Source: a virus. Taken from it: a stretch of DNA of 64,000 nt. The stretch spans positions 3,519 through 67,518 of the IMG/VR virus record IMGVR_UViG_3300032665_001045; one strand, written 5' to 3'. A program made the translations under genes and the position numbers. Position 1 is the first letter of the stretch; each line of letters opens with the position of its first letter. Positions 42,744-51,971 of this stretch are shown piece by piece. Under the pieces are notes generated by a model. The model was not told where the DNA came from, ran no database searches, and saw nothing but the letters and a program-made list of their open reading frames with translations.

Positions 42744-43184
42744 TGCAGTTTAAAACTGTATCTAGAGGAGATAGCGCTCGCGTAATGGCCGCGCTTGGAA
42801 CGTGTAGAGTAGACTACACACTGGATGGCACCGACGATCAATTAGGCTTAAACGCCGAATGATGTGGGCTCTGAGAAAAAGATACAACCCACGTGACTAC
42901 TATAGTTGGCTAACTACGGCTATAGAGCATCCGTCAGAAGAAGCAAGAGTAGGGGGTACCGGCTGACCGCCTCCGTGTTAATGATAACAATCTCTTTTAG
43001 TTAGTTTGACTGTCGACTCAGATGAAGCGATCGGTTTGTACTTTGCCTCGGATAGGTGAAGTATGACCAAATCTAGATGAATACGTAAAGAACAAACAAT
43101 AGTTCAAATTAACTAATTTAATTAGATTAGAAGAAAAAGAAATGCATTGAGCGATAGCGATAATGCAGATGTCGCAAGACATCT
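42744..43184 (+). ncRNA. Putative large structured non-coding RNA, family unassigned
   Basis: No long ORF; GC-richer than its flanks; more than ten stems whose G-U wobbles work only on the + strand; two candidate pseudoknot pairings (see findings). Confidence 0.65.
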
Positions 43185-43200
43185 TAAACAAGTAGTCAAT

Positions 43201-43227
43201 AAAAAAGACTATACGAATATAGCCTTT
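43201..43227 (-). terminator. Rho-independent terminator for the gp26/gp51 transcript
   Basis: Minus strand GGCTATA-TTCG-TATAGTC followed by a T-run. Confidence 0.7.
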
Positions 43228-43254
43228 AATATGTACTTTAAGGATAAATATGAC

Positions 43255-43473
43255 TTAAAAGAATGGTAGTCCCGATTTCTTAGTAGTTTCCATATTATCA
43301 TTAACAATTTTACTAATAATATCTTTTTCTTCTTTAGTCAATAACATAGCATCTTCATAAGACAATCCACCACGCATATACCAACACATACGTAATGCCT
43401 CGTCTCTATAGGCTTTTGATTCTTTATCGTAACTTTCGAGTAAAGCTACAATTTCTTCATTATCTAAAATCAA
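43255..43473 (-). CDS. gp51-like baseplate hub assembly protein (probably the C-terminal part of a frameshift product)
   Basis: CWYMRGGLSYEDAMLL...E helical motif; only a TTG start and no clear RBS. Confidence 0.6.
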   Translation of the reverse strand: MILDNEEIVALLESYDKESKAYRDEALRMCWYMRGGLSYEDAMLLTKEEKDIISKIVNDNMETTKKSGLPFF

Positions 43474-44318
43474 AAGCCTTGACCGAAAAAACTTGCATAA
43501 TCAAAGTCAACAGCTAATTTAAATTCATGCTCGCACGCTGTACAAGCAACATCTATTGGTTTAATAGTAACTGCGTCTGATATTTCTTTAATAGCAGTCT
43601 GCACTTGGCGCATAACATCAGATTTGGCATTCGCGTAGAATTCTTTAATAAAATTATGATCTGTAACTATTTGCCCATCTTCGGTTGAGATACTTTCTGT
43701 ACAATTAACTACTGCTTCTAAATTTAGATTAATCATTTTTTGTACATGTGCTTCATACTGTGATTTTCTAACATCGGGGTCTAAATCTGGATCTGCTAGA
43801 GTTTGTATTAGTTTTTCCTCTTCAAACACTGAATTGCCGTTTCTGCTAACCTGCAGATAGTTCATTGGTTTTAGCCTAATAGATAAACCTTCTACATCGA
43901 CTGTTTTAGAATAGTCTGGCATTGTAATAGAACTAAGTACAGCAGGCAGATCTACATCATAATCGTGTTCTTCTCCACATTGTGGACAAATAGAACCGAT
44001 GGCCATTTTTGGTCCATAGCTGGCAATACGTATAGCAATTAATGTACTGTCTACATCTACACTAGGCATCTCCCATGCATTTTTAATACTCGGGCAACAA
44101 CTTTGTATAACATCTACTACACTGGTGCCGTTAATCAACGCATCAGGTGTGCGTAGTGTAATTTCATCACGTGTAGTCATTGGATATACAGGAATTTCTC
44201 CAGTGACTGGCAAATCTAAAGAACCTTGTTTCCAATAACGTCCGCGGCTGGTTAATTTAATATACAGTGCAGGTTGGCGAAAATGTTTCGCTAATGGGTT
44301 ATTGCTTTGTTGAGTCAT
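43470..44318 (-). CDS. gp26: gp26-like baseplate hub assembly chaperone
   Basis: NPLAKHFRQP..YIKL...PMTTRDEI...IRIASYG...CPQCG...CTAC...SFF; start reassigned to ATG 44318. Confidence 0.75.
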   Translation of the reverse strand: MTQQSNNPLAKHFRQPALYIKLTSRGRYWKQGSLDLPVTGEIPVYPMTTRDEITLRTPDALINGTSVVDVIQSCCPSIKNAWEMPSVDVDSTLIAIRIASYGPKMAIGSICPQCGEEHDYDVDLPAVLSSITMPDYSKTVDVEGLSIRLKPMNYLQVSRNGNSVFEEEKLIQTLADPDLDPDVRKSQYEAHVQKMINLNLEAVVNCTESISTEDGQIVTDHNFIKEFYANAKSDVMRQVQTAIKEISDAVTIKPIDVACTACEHEFKLAVDFDYASFFGQGF

Positions 44319-44329
44319 GGTTTTATTCC

Positions 44330-44360
44330 TATAAATATAATTGATATACCTTATATTTAT
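44330..44360. promoter_or_regulatory. Pair of face-to-face late promoters
   Basis: TATAAATA on + (44330-44337) toward the tape measure gene; ATAAATA on - (44354-44360) toward gp26. Confidence 0.6.
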
Positions 44361-44372
44361 TGGTAAACATTT

Positions 44373-47093
44373 ATGGCTGAAAATAACGAAATAGACCAGG
44401 ATCAAATTGATAAGATTAATGATATCCTGAGAGAATTAGGAACTACATTTGAGGATGAAATCAAGCGTCGTCACGTAGGTAGCAAATCTTGGGGTGATGC
44501 TGAAAAAGAAGTAGTAAAATATACTGAAATGTACAAAAAGTCTAGAGAGCAGTATAAGAAAACTGCTCAAGAACTTAATCGAGACATGCAGTCTATTAGA
44601 AAAAGCCTTAATGCTGGAGAAATGTCGGCTGAAGAACTTAGCGATAGATTAGAAACACTGCGTAAAGAAGTCGATAAAACAATCGAGCAAGATAAGAAAA
44701 AAGCTCTATTAGATCAAAAAATGGACCTTGAGCGTCTAAATGCTCAAAATAAAGCCAGTGCTGTGCTTAAAGATGGTGCTTTTCAAACAGCAGGAGCCAT
44801 GGGTGCAGGTATTGCTAAAGCAATAGGTGGATTGGCTAGATCTGCATTAACCAGTAGTGATAGTTTTGAAGTTGCAGGTAGTCTAATGTCTGCGGGTGTT
44901 GATATTATCAACACAGCTAATCAAGGTGGTGCTAATGCACTTAAATCGTTTGGCGCTGCTACAGCAGGCGCAGGTGGTAAAGTTGGAATATTAGGTGCCG
45001 GCGCCGAGATTGCAGGTACAGCACTAGGCGCATTAAGTGACGGAATGACTGAATTAGCTAAAGCCGGTATCGGCTTTATGATAGGTCAGACTAAACAGTT
45101 AATAGGTGGCTTTAATGCAATGTCATCTGCTGGTGCAATATATACTGGCGGTATGACAGAAATGATTAGTACTGCCCAAACCGCAGGAATGACTCTTGAT
45201 CAATTCTCCAAAGCAGTATCAAGTAATACAACAGCATTAGCTAAATCGGGCCTAGGGGTAGGTGATGCAAGTAAACGCATGGCTGGCGCTATGGAAAAAG
45301 GCGGTAAGTCCGCTCAAGCAGGCATGTTTGCTCTAGGTATGAGCATGGAAGACCAAGCTGCAGCCTATGCACAAACAATGGCTACTATGGCTGGTCCAAC
45401 TGGTCAATTAAAAGCCAGCAATGCAGAAGTAGCGGCACAGACACAAGAGTATGCAAAAACTCTTAAAATGGTATCAGACATAACAGGTGAAGATGCTAAA
45501 GCAAAGCAAGAGAAATTAAGACAAGATAACGATACTTTAGCATTTAACGCAGTATTGGACAAAATGTCCGAAAAAGAACGTGCTGCAACAAACAATGCTA
45601 TGATGTTAATGAGCGCAGACCAACAACGTGCATTCCGCGAACAACATTTATACGGCACAATTATTAGTAAAGATTTGGCTGGTACAGCGGCAACTAACAC
45701 AGCTATTGCTAAAAACTTTAATGATACATTCCAAGCATCTAAAAATCATACATTAGATGCTAAGAAAATGGCAGAAATTCAACATGATACTGCTGCTGAC
45801 ATGAAAAAACAATCTGATGAAGCTGGCGCAAGCATTGGTTTAGCTACTTCTGGACCAGCTACTGAAATTGCTAAATCAATGAACGAAATTAATCAATACG
45901 GTCAAAAATTTAGTAATGCACAAAAAGTAGCTGCTGAGATAGCAGAAGCACAGAAAAAAGGTCAGACAGGTCAAGCCGGTGATGAAGTAAAATTACAACA
46001 ACAACAACAACAATTTATGCTAGAACAGCAGGCACTTGCAGCAAAAAATCTAGGATTGTTTAGTAAAGCATTAGAAGAATCACAAAAAGCTGCAATTTTA
46101 GCAGTAAAAGCATTAGGTTCATTAGCTGAAACTGCTAAGGAAAACCCAATCAAAGCAGGTATATTAGCTGCACTACCTGCTATACTTGGTTTTGTGGGAC
46201 CAATGTTATTGTCAAAGTTTGCTGGCGGAAAATTTGGAGTACTAGGCACACCAGGAAATCCAATGCACGTTACCATGGGTGGTGGCGGTGGCGGGCCTGA
46301 TTTAAGTGACCTTGGCGGTGGAGAGAAAGGTGGCAAAGGTAAAGGGCTAACACAGGATAAATCAGGTAAATGGCGCAATGAAAAAGGTCAGTTTGCCAGC
46401 AAAGCTGAAATTGCTGAACATCTGGCAGAAAAAGAAGCCAAGCAAGCTGGTGGAGTAATGAGCAAGTTTAAGCAATTTGGCAAAATAGGTGGTAAGGCAT
46501 TAGGTATTGCGGGTGCTGTAGCGAGTCTTGGTATGATGGCTAAAGACTTATACGATACTTCAAAAGATACTAAATTAACTACAGGACAAAAACACGAAAA
46601 AGAAGGTGGTATTGTTGGCGAAGGTCTAGGTGGTGCTGGTGGTGCATGGGCCGGAGCTGCATTAGGTGCCGCTAATCCTGTTGCACTTGCACTAGATCCA
46701 TTTACATTTGGTATGTCATCTGTAGTTGGTGGAGCCCTTGGTGGGGCATTGGGTTATTGGGGTGGTAGTAAACTTGGCGGAATGGCAGGTAAAGCCGTTA
46801 TGAAAGATAAACCAGTTGCACCGGCCGCACCAACTACACCAGCTGCACATCCTTCTCCTAGTGTACAAAATACTGCGCCTAAACCACCTACATCAGATCA
46901 TGCAGTTACTACTGCTTCTGCAGCATTAGCAACAACCCAAGCAGAAGAAAAAGCAAGAAAAGATGCTATGGTTACACCTGCGGCTAATTTACCACCGGGC
47001 GTACAGCAACAAATTGAGTTATTGCAGCAAATATTAACAACAATGTTAAAAAATAATCAAATAACAAATGGAATATTGCAACACTCAATGTAA
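44373..47093 (+). CDS. Tape measure protein (putative)
   Basis: 906 aa, helical, A/G/K-rich, glycine-zipper hydrophobic segments; next to the gp26-like chaperone. Confidence 0.7.
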   Translation: MAENNEIDQDQIDKINDILRELGTTFEDEIKRRHVGSKSWGDAEKEVVKYTEMYKKSREQYKKTAQELNRDMQSIRKSLNAGEMSAEELSDRLETLRKEVDKTIEQDKKKALLDQKMDLERLNAQNKASAVLKDGAFQTAGAMGAGIAKAIGGLARSALTSSDSFEVAGSLMSAGVDIINTANQGGANALKSFGAATAGAGGKVGILGAGAEIAGTALGALSDGMTELAKAGIGFMIGQTKQLIGGFNAMSSAGAIYTGGMTEMISTAQTAGMTLDQFSKAVSSNTTALAKSGLGVGDASKRMAGAMEKGGKSAQAGMFALGMSMEDQAAAYAQTMATMAGPTGQLKASNAEVAAQTQEYAKTLKMVSDITGEDAKAKQEKLRQDNDTLAFNAVLDKMSEKERAATNNAMMLMSADQQRAFREQHLYGTIISKDLAGTAATNTAIAKNFNDTFQASKNHTLDAKKMAEIQHDTAADMKKQSDEAGASIGLATSGPATEIAKSMNEINQYGQKFSNAQKVAAEIAEAQKKGQTGQAGDEVKLQQQQQQFMLEQQALAAKNLGLFSKALEESQKAAILAVKALGSLAETAKENPIKAGILAALPAILGFVGPMLLSKFAGGKFGVLGTPGNPMHVTMGGGGGGPDLSDLGGGEKGGKGKGLTQDKSGKWRNEKGQFASKAEIAEHLAEKEAKQAGGVMSKFKQFGKIGGKALGIAGAVASLGMMAKDLYDTSKDTKLTTGQKHEKEGGIVGEGLGGAGGAWAGAALGAANPVALALDPFTFGMSSVVGGALGGALGYWGGSKLGGMAGKAVMKDKPVAPAAPTTPAAHPSPSVQNTAPKPPTSDHAVTTASAALATTQAEEKARKDAMVTPAANLPPGVQQQIELLQQILTTMLKNNQITNGILQHSM

Positions 47094-47128
47094 AAAGGTT
47101 AAATATAGTATCATAAAGAGAATAGAAT

Positions 47129-48850
47129 ATGTCTTGGAAAAAGCATTTTAAGACCGCAAATAATAGCGGTATGATGAGTCCGTTGGGTGGTAGTGGTAAT
47201 AACAACACTAACCTGCCAGACGCAAAATACAGTAACTTTGCCAGTCAATTGCCGGAAGTATATGTAGGTCATCCAAATCGCACTGAGCGTTACAACCAGT
47301 ATGAACAAATGGATATGGACAGTGAAATTAATGCGGCATTAGATATCCTTGCTGAGTTTATGACACAGCCCAATATCGAAAACGGTACAGGTTTTGATTT
47401 ATTCTTTAAAGAAGACCCAACAGATAACGAAGTTAAGATCCTTAAAGATCAACTACAACAATGGGTTAGTCTTAACGACTTAAACAAGAGATTGTTTAAA
47501 TTAGTTCGCAATGTAATCAAATACGGCGATCAGGTATTTTTACGTGATCCAGAAACATTCAAATTGTTCTGGACAGAAATGTTTAAAGTTACTAAAGTTA
47601 TTGTTAACGAAGCTAAAGGTAAAGAACCAGAGCAATACGTTATTAAAGATCTTAACATTAATTTCCAAAATTTAACTGCTACAGCTTTAAGTAGTAGCGA
47701 TACATATATTAATCATCCACAAGTTGGTGGACCTAGTGGAAGTTATGTACAACCACAAACTCCATATAGTGGTGGCAGCCGTTTTAGTCATGCTAAAAAC
47801 GAAGCTGTTATTGATGCAGAACACGTAGTACACTTAAGTTTAACAGAGGGACTAGACTTAAACTGGCCTTTTGGTAACAGTGTGTTAGAAAGTATCTTTA
47901 AGATCTTTAAACAAAAAGAACTATTAGAAGATGCTATTATTATCTATCGCATACAACGTGCTCCGGAACGTCGTATCTTTAAGATTGACGTAGGTAATAT
48001 GCCAACACACTTGGCTATGGCTTATGTTGACCGTATTAAAAATGAAATCCATCAACGTAGAATCCCAACGCAATCAGGTGGCGGACAAAACATGATGGAT
48101 GCTACATATAATCCATTAAGTACAAACGAAGATTATTTCTTCCCAGTTACAGCAGACGGGCGCGGATCTAGCATAGATACATTCCCGGGTGGTCAAAATC
48201 TAGGTGAAATTACAGACTTACGCTTCTTTACGAACAAGATGTTCCGTGGTTTACGTATTCCTAGTAGTTATTTGCCTACTGGAACAGATGAAAGTGAGCG
48301 TACATTTAGTGATGGTAAAACAACTACAGCATTGATTCAAGAATGGCGATTTAACCAATATTGTATGAGATTGCAAAAGTTAATAGTTGAAAAACTTGAT
48401 TCTGAGTTTAAGATGTTTATGCGTTGGAGAGGTATTAATATTGATAGTAGTTTGTTTGAACTACGTTTCAATGAACCACAAAACTTTGCAAAATATCGTC
48501 AAGCTGAAATAGACACAGCACGTATTAACTCATTTACTGCACTAGAACAAATTCCTTACTTAAGTAAACGTTTTTTATTAGAGCGTTATTTAGATTTAAG
48601 CGAAGAAGAAATGCAACGCAATGATGAATTGTGGGCTCAAGAAAACGGTACAGTTGAAGATACTGAAGTTCCAAAAAGTAGTTTACGTGCAGTTGGTGTA
48701 ACTACAGCAGGTCTACAACAAGATATGAATACACTATCACCAGAAGGTGGTACTCAGCCAGGAAATCTACCACCAGCAGAAACTGGTAATCCAGCAGCTG
48801 CTACACCGCCACCAGGTGGACCTAATAGTGTTAGCTCAGGCGCAATCTAA
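47129..48850 (+). CDS. gp20: Portal protein
   Basis: LLEDAIIIYRIQRAPERRIFKIDVGNMP; EDYFFP...GRGS.I.T.PGGQNLGEI.DL. Confidence 0.95.
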   Translation: MSWKKHFKTANNSGMMSPLGGSGNNNTNLPDAKYSNFASQLPEVYVGHPNRTERYNQYEQMDMDSEINAALDILAEFMTQPNIENGTGFDLFFKEDPTDNEVKILKDQLQQWVSLNDLNKRLFKLVRNVIKYGDQVFLRDPETFKLFWTEMFKVTKVIVNEAKGKEPEQYVIKDLNINFQNLTATALSSSDTYINHPQVGGPSGSYVQPQTPYSGGSRFSHAKNEAVIDAEHVVHLSLTEGLDLNWPFGNSVLESIFKIFKQKELLEDAIIIYRIQRAPERRIFKIDVGNMPTHLAMAYVDRIKNEIHQRRIPTQSGGGQNMMDATYNPLSTNEDYFFPVTADGRGSSIDTFPGGQNLGEITDLRFFTNKMFRGLRIPSSYLPTGTDESERTFSDGKTTTALIQEWRFNQYCMRLQKLIVEKLDSEFKMFMRWRGINIDSSLFELRFNEPQNFAKYRQAEIDTARINSFTALEQIPYLSKRFLLERYLDLSEEEMQRNDELWAQENGTVEDTEVPKSSLRAVGVTTAGLQQDMNTLSPEGGTQPGNLPPAETGNPAAATPPPGGPNSVSSGAI

Positions 48851-48871
48851 TCTTTTTTGGTAAATAACTTT

Positions 48872-49111
48872 ATGAACCTATTAGAAATGTTTAATGAAAG
48901 CGATTTGCCTGGATACTATAACGAAAAGGACGATAATACTCCTTTAAAGTTAAGCGATCTTCGTAAGACTAAAATTACGTTAAAACAGCTTAATCGATTA
49001 CGTATTATGAATGATGTGCGTAAACTTGAATATGAACAAAAAATAACATCGGTTCAAAAACAATATGCTCAACCACCTGCAGAAAGTTCAGAAGGCGGAA
49101 TGTCTGCTTAA
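48872..49111 (+). CDS. Small head-module protein
   Basis: 79-aa ORF between the portal and core genes; TAAATA immediately upstream. Confidence 0.6.
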   Translation: MNLLEMFNESDLPGYYNEKDDNTPLKLSDLRKTKITLKQLNRLRIMNDVRKLEYEQKITSVQKQYAQPPAESSEGGMSA

Positions 49112-49228
49112 TTATCTCTCAGAATCAATCAAAAAACACGCATTTAACCCAGTTTTTGTCTTATATATGTAAATATTATTACAAAGAATACATGATATGT
49201 ATTATCTTACTCATTTTAAGGAGTTCAC

Positions 49229-50182
49229 ATGAACAAATACGAACAATTAGTTGAATTCATCATTAATGATGAAACTGAAAAGGCTCGTGAATTATTCCAC
49301 AATATCGTTGTTGAAAAATCACGTGACATTTATGAAAGCCTAGTCGATCAAGAAGACTTAGAAGAAGTTGGTGGAAACCAAGTTAAAGGATTAGTTAAAG
49401 ACGTTCAAATGGACGAAGAAGGCCTAGCTGAAGAAGAAGAATTTGATTCAGAAGAAGATGAAGACGGTGATTTTGACCATGATGAATTTGGTGGCGAAGA
49501 ACACGAAGAAGCTTCTGATGAAGAGCGTATCACTGATTTAGAAGATGCACTTGACGAACTTAAAGCTGAATTTGATGCATTAATGGCTGACGAAGAACAC
49601 GAGCCAGAACATCATGATGGTATTGATGATCCAGACTTTAGCGAAATTCATGGCGGCGAAGAAGAGTATGGCCAAGAAGATGAAATGGAAGGTATGATGT
49701 ATGAGTCAGCTGAAGAAGATGACGAAGAAGATGACGAAGAAGATAGTGAAGAACTAGATGAATCAGTTATCCGCGAATACGTTGATTTAGTTGGCAAACC
49801 TTACTCAGGCGAATTAGATGGATCTGAAGGTCGTACAGTTGGTAAAGGCGGTGATGCTCCAGTAGTTAATGCTAAGGGTATTGTAGCTGGTAAAAATCCA
49901 ATTGGTGCCGGTGCTGCTAATGCTCGCAACATTGCTACTGGTAAAGCAGGTCAAAACCCAGATGGTAAAGCAATTCCAAAACCAAGCAATCAATATAGCA
50001 AAAATGAAGGCGATTTACCACACGCTGGTCAATTCAAAAACACCCCAGGTAAAAAGAAAGTTTGGGATGGTAGCGGAGATGGCGGTCACGGAGCTGAAAA
50101 GAAATCAGGTTCAGAAGGTAAATTAGTTGGTAATGACGGTAGTCGTCCTATCAATAAAAAGAGCCCATTAAAAGCTCGTTAA
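49229..50182 (+). CDS. Acidic prohead core-like protein
   Basis: Very D/E-rich with a basic C-terminus; AAGGAG RBS; position equivalent to T4 gp67/68. Confidence 0.6.
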   Translation: MNKYEQLVEFIINDETEKARELFHNIVVEKSRDIYESLVDQEDLEEVGGNQVKGLVKDVQMDEEGLAEEEEFDSEEDEDGDFDHDEFGGEEHEEASDEERITDLEDALDELKAEFDALMADEEHEPEHHDGIDDPDFSEIHGGEEEYGQEDEMEGMMYESAEEDDEEDDEEDSEELDESVIREYVDLVGKPYSGELDGSEGRTVGKGGDAPVVNAKGIVAGKNPIGAGAANARNIATGKAGQNPDGKAIPKPSNQYSKNEGDLPHAGQFKNTPGKKKVWDGSGDGGHGAEKKSGSEGKLVGNDGSRPINKKSPLKAR

Positions 50183-50195
50183 TTAGGAAACAGCA

Positions 50196-50837
50196 ATGGC
50201 TTTATATCTTAAAGAAAACTTAACCTATGATGCTGCAAGAATGGAAGTTCTTACTGAGGACTCACATGACGGCAAAGGTAAGAATCTTTATATGAAAGGA
50301 ATATTCATTCAAGGTGGCGTAAAGAACCATAATGAGCGTGTATACCCTGTTCAAGAGATTGGTAAAGCTGTTTCTCAAATTATGGAACAAATCAAGGGTG
50401 GCTACAGCGTTTTAGGCGAAGTAGATCACCCAGATGATTTGAAAATTAATTTAGACCGTGTAAGCCATATGATTACTGATATGTGGATGGACGGTCCTAA
50501 TGGCTTTGGTAAATTAAAGATTCTTCCAACTCCTATGGGTAAGTTAGTAGAAACCATGTTAGAGAGTGGAGTAAAACTAGGCGTTAGTTCTAGAGGTAGC
50601 GGAAACGTTAGCGAAGGAAGTGGCCAAGTTAGTGACTTTGAAATAGTCACAGTAGATGTAGTTGCGCAACCAAGCGCACCTAATGCGTATCCGACAGCGA
50701 TTTACGAAGGACTGATGAATATGCGTGGTGGTGCTAAGGCATTCGAAATTGCTCGTGAAGCAAGCGCAGATCAAAAGGTACAGAAGTATTTGAGAGAGCA
50801 GGTTACTCGCTTGATCAAAGATCTAAAAATTAAATAG
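50196..50837 (+). CDS. gp21: Prohead protease
   Basis: GIFIQGGVKNHNERVYP, LGEVDHP, LGVSSRGSG, DVVAQPSAPNA; ends in TAG. Confidence 0.95.
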   Translation: MALYLKENLTYDAARMEVLTEDSHDGKGKNLYMKGIFIQGGVKNHNERVYPVQEIGKAVSQIMEQIKGGYSVLGEVDHPDDLKINLDRVSHMITDMWMDGPNGFGKLKILPTPMGKLVETMLESGVKLGVSSRGSGNVSEGSGQVSDFEIVTVDVVAQPSAPNAYPTAIYEGLMNMRGGAKAFEIAREASADQKVQKYLREQVTRLIKDLKIK

Positions 50838-50846
50838 GAGATCACA

Positions 50847-51941
50847 ATGTTAGACGCTATCAAACCATTGTTGGAAAGTGGCATCATTAACGAAGAAACT
50901 CAAACTGCTATTACAGAAGCTTGGGAATCACAAATTAATGAAGCACGTGAAGTTGTTCGCGCAGAATTGCGTGAAGAATTTGCTCGTCGCTACGATCATG
51001 ACAAACAAGTAATGGTTGAAGCTCTAGACAAAATGGTTACTGAAAGTCTTACCGCCGAACTTAAAGAGTTCGCCGAAGAAAAACAAGCTCTAGCTGAAGA
51101 CCGTGTTAAATTTAAACGTAACATGGTAGAAAGCGCAGGTAAATTTAACAATTTTATGATTGGTAAATTATCTGAAGAGATTAAAGAGTTACGTACAGAT
51201 CGCAAAGTTCAACAAGAAAGCGTTGCTAAACTTGAGAAATTTGTAATCAAAGCGTTAGCTGAAGAAATCAAAGAGTTTGATCAAGACAAGAAAGCTGTAG
51301 TTGAAACTAAAGTGAAACTGGTTGCTGAAGCTAATACTAAATTAGCTGAACTACAAAGTCAATTTATTAAACGCAGTGCAGCTCTTGTTAAAGAGTCAGT
51401 AACAAACAATCTAGGGTCAGAATTGACTCAACTAAAAGAAGACATCCAGGCTGCTCGTGAGAACATGTTTGGTCGTCGCCTATTTGAAGCATTTGCAAGT
51501 GAATTTGCTGTAACTCACTTAAATGAGAACAAAGAATTTGCTAAACTTCAAGCTCAATTAGCTAAGAAAGACCGACAGTTAGCTGAAAGCAAGAAAGCAA
51601 TTGCAGAAAAAGAAGCATTAGTTGAATCTAAGAACCGTGAAGTTCGAGTAATCAAAGAAAGTGTTAACCGCAAGGAGACACTAAATGGTTTACTTAAAAC
51701 GTTAAATAAAGAGAAAGCTGAAGTAATGAGCAGTTTACTCGAAGGTGTGCAAACTGAAAGACTTCAGGCTGCATACGACAAGTATCTACCAGCAGTTCTA
51801 AACAATGCTCCGGCAGTCAAAACTGAAAAAGTAATGATCGCTGAAAGCCGCAAAGAAGTAACTGGTGATAAATCTGCTAAAGCAAACGTAGAATCTGACA
51901 ACAATGTTGTTGAAATTCGTCGTTTAGCAGGGCTAAAATAG
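50847..51941 (+). CDS. gp22: Prohead scaffold protein
   Basis: E/K-rich coiled coil between protease and capsid; GRRLFEAF; C-terminal RRLAGLK. Confidence 0.85.
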   Translation: MLDAIKPLLESGIINEETQTAITEAWESQINEAREVVRAELREEFARRYDHDKQVMVEALDKMVTESLTAELKEFAEEKQALAEDRVKFKRNMVESAGKFNNFMIGKLSEEIKELRTDRKVQQESVAKLEKFVIKALAEEIKEFDQDKKAVVETKVKLVAEANTKLAELQSQFIKRSAALVKESVTNNLGSELTQLKEDIQAARENMFGRRLFEAFASEFAVTHLNENKEFAKLQAQLAKKDRQLAESKKAIAEKEALVESKNREVRVIKESVNRKETLNGLLKTLNKEKAEVMSSLLEGVQTERLQAAYDKYLPAVLNNAPAVKTEKVMIAESRKEVTGDKSAKANVESDNNVVEIRRLAGLK

Positions 51942-51971
51942 TAACACACTTTTATTAAGGAAAATAAAGAA

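Noticed and set aside
42744-43184. Group I/II intron, RNase P RNA or tmRNA identity for the structured region
   Set aside because: No interrupted host gene; no convincing P7 (R/S) pair or domain V; no GAGGAAAGUCC/AGAACCCGGC RNase P boxes; no tRNA-like ends. Judged by eye only, so an Rfam search is still needed
43244-43250. ATAAATA on the + strand pointing antisense into the gp51-like ORF
   Set aside because: No downstream sense gene, and the motif is expected by chance in AT-rich DNA
45996-46013. (CAA)6 microsatellite in the tape measure gene
   Set aside because: Short in-frame poly-Gln with no phase-variation potential
49420-49760. GAAGAA/GATGAC short repeats
   Set aside because: Explained by the D/E-rich protein sequence; not a CRISPR or iteron array
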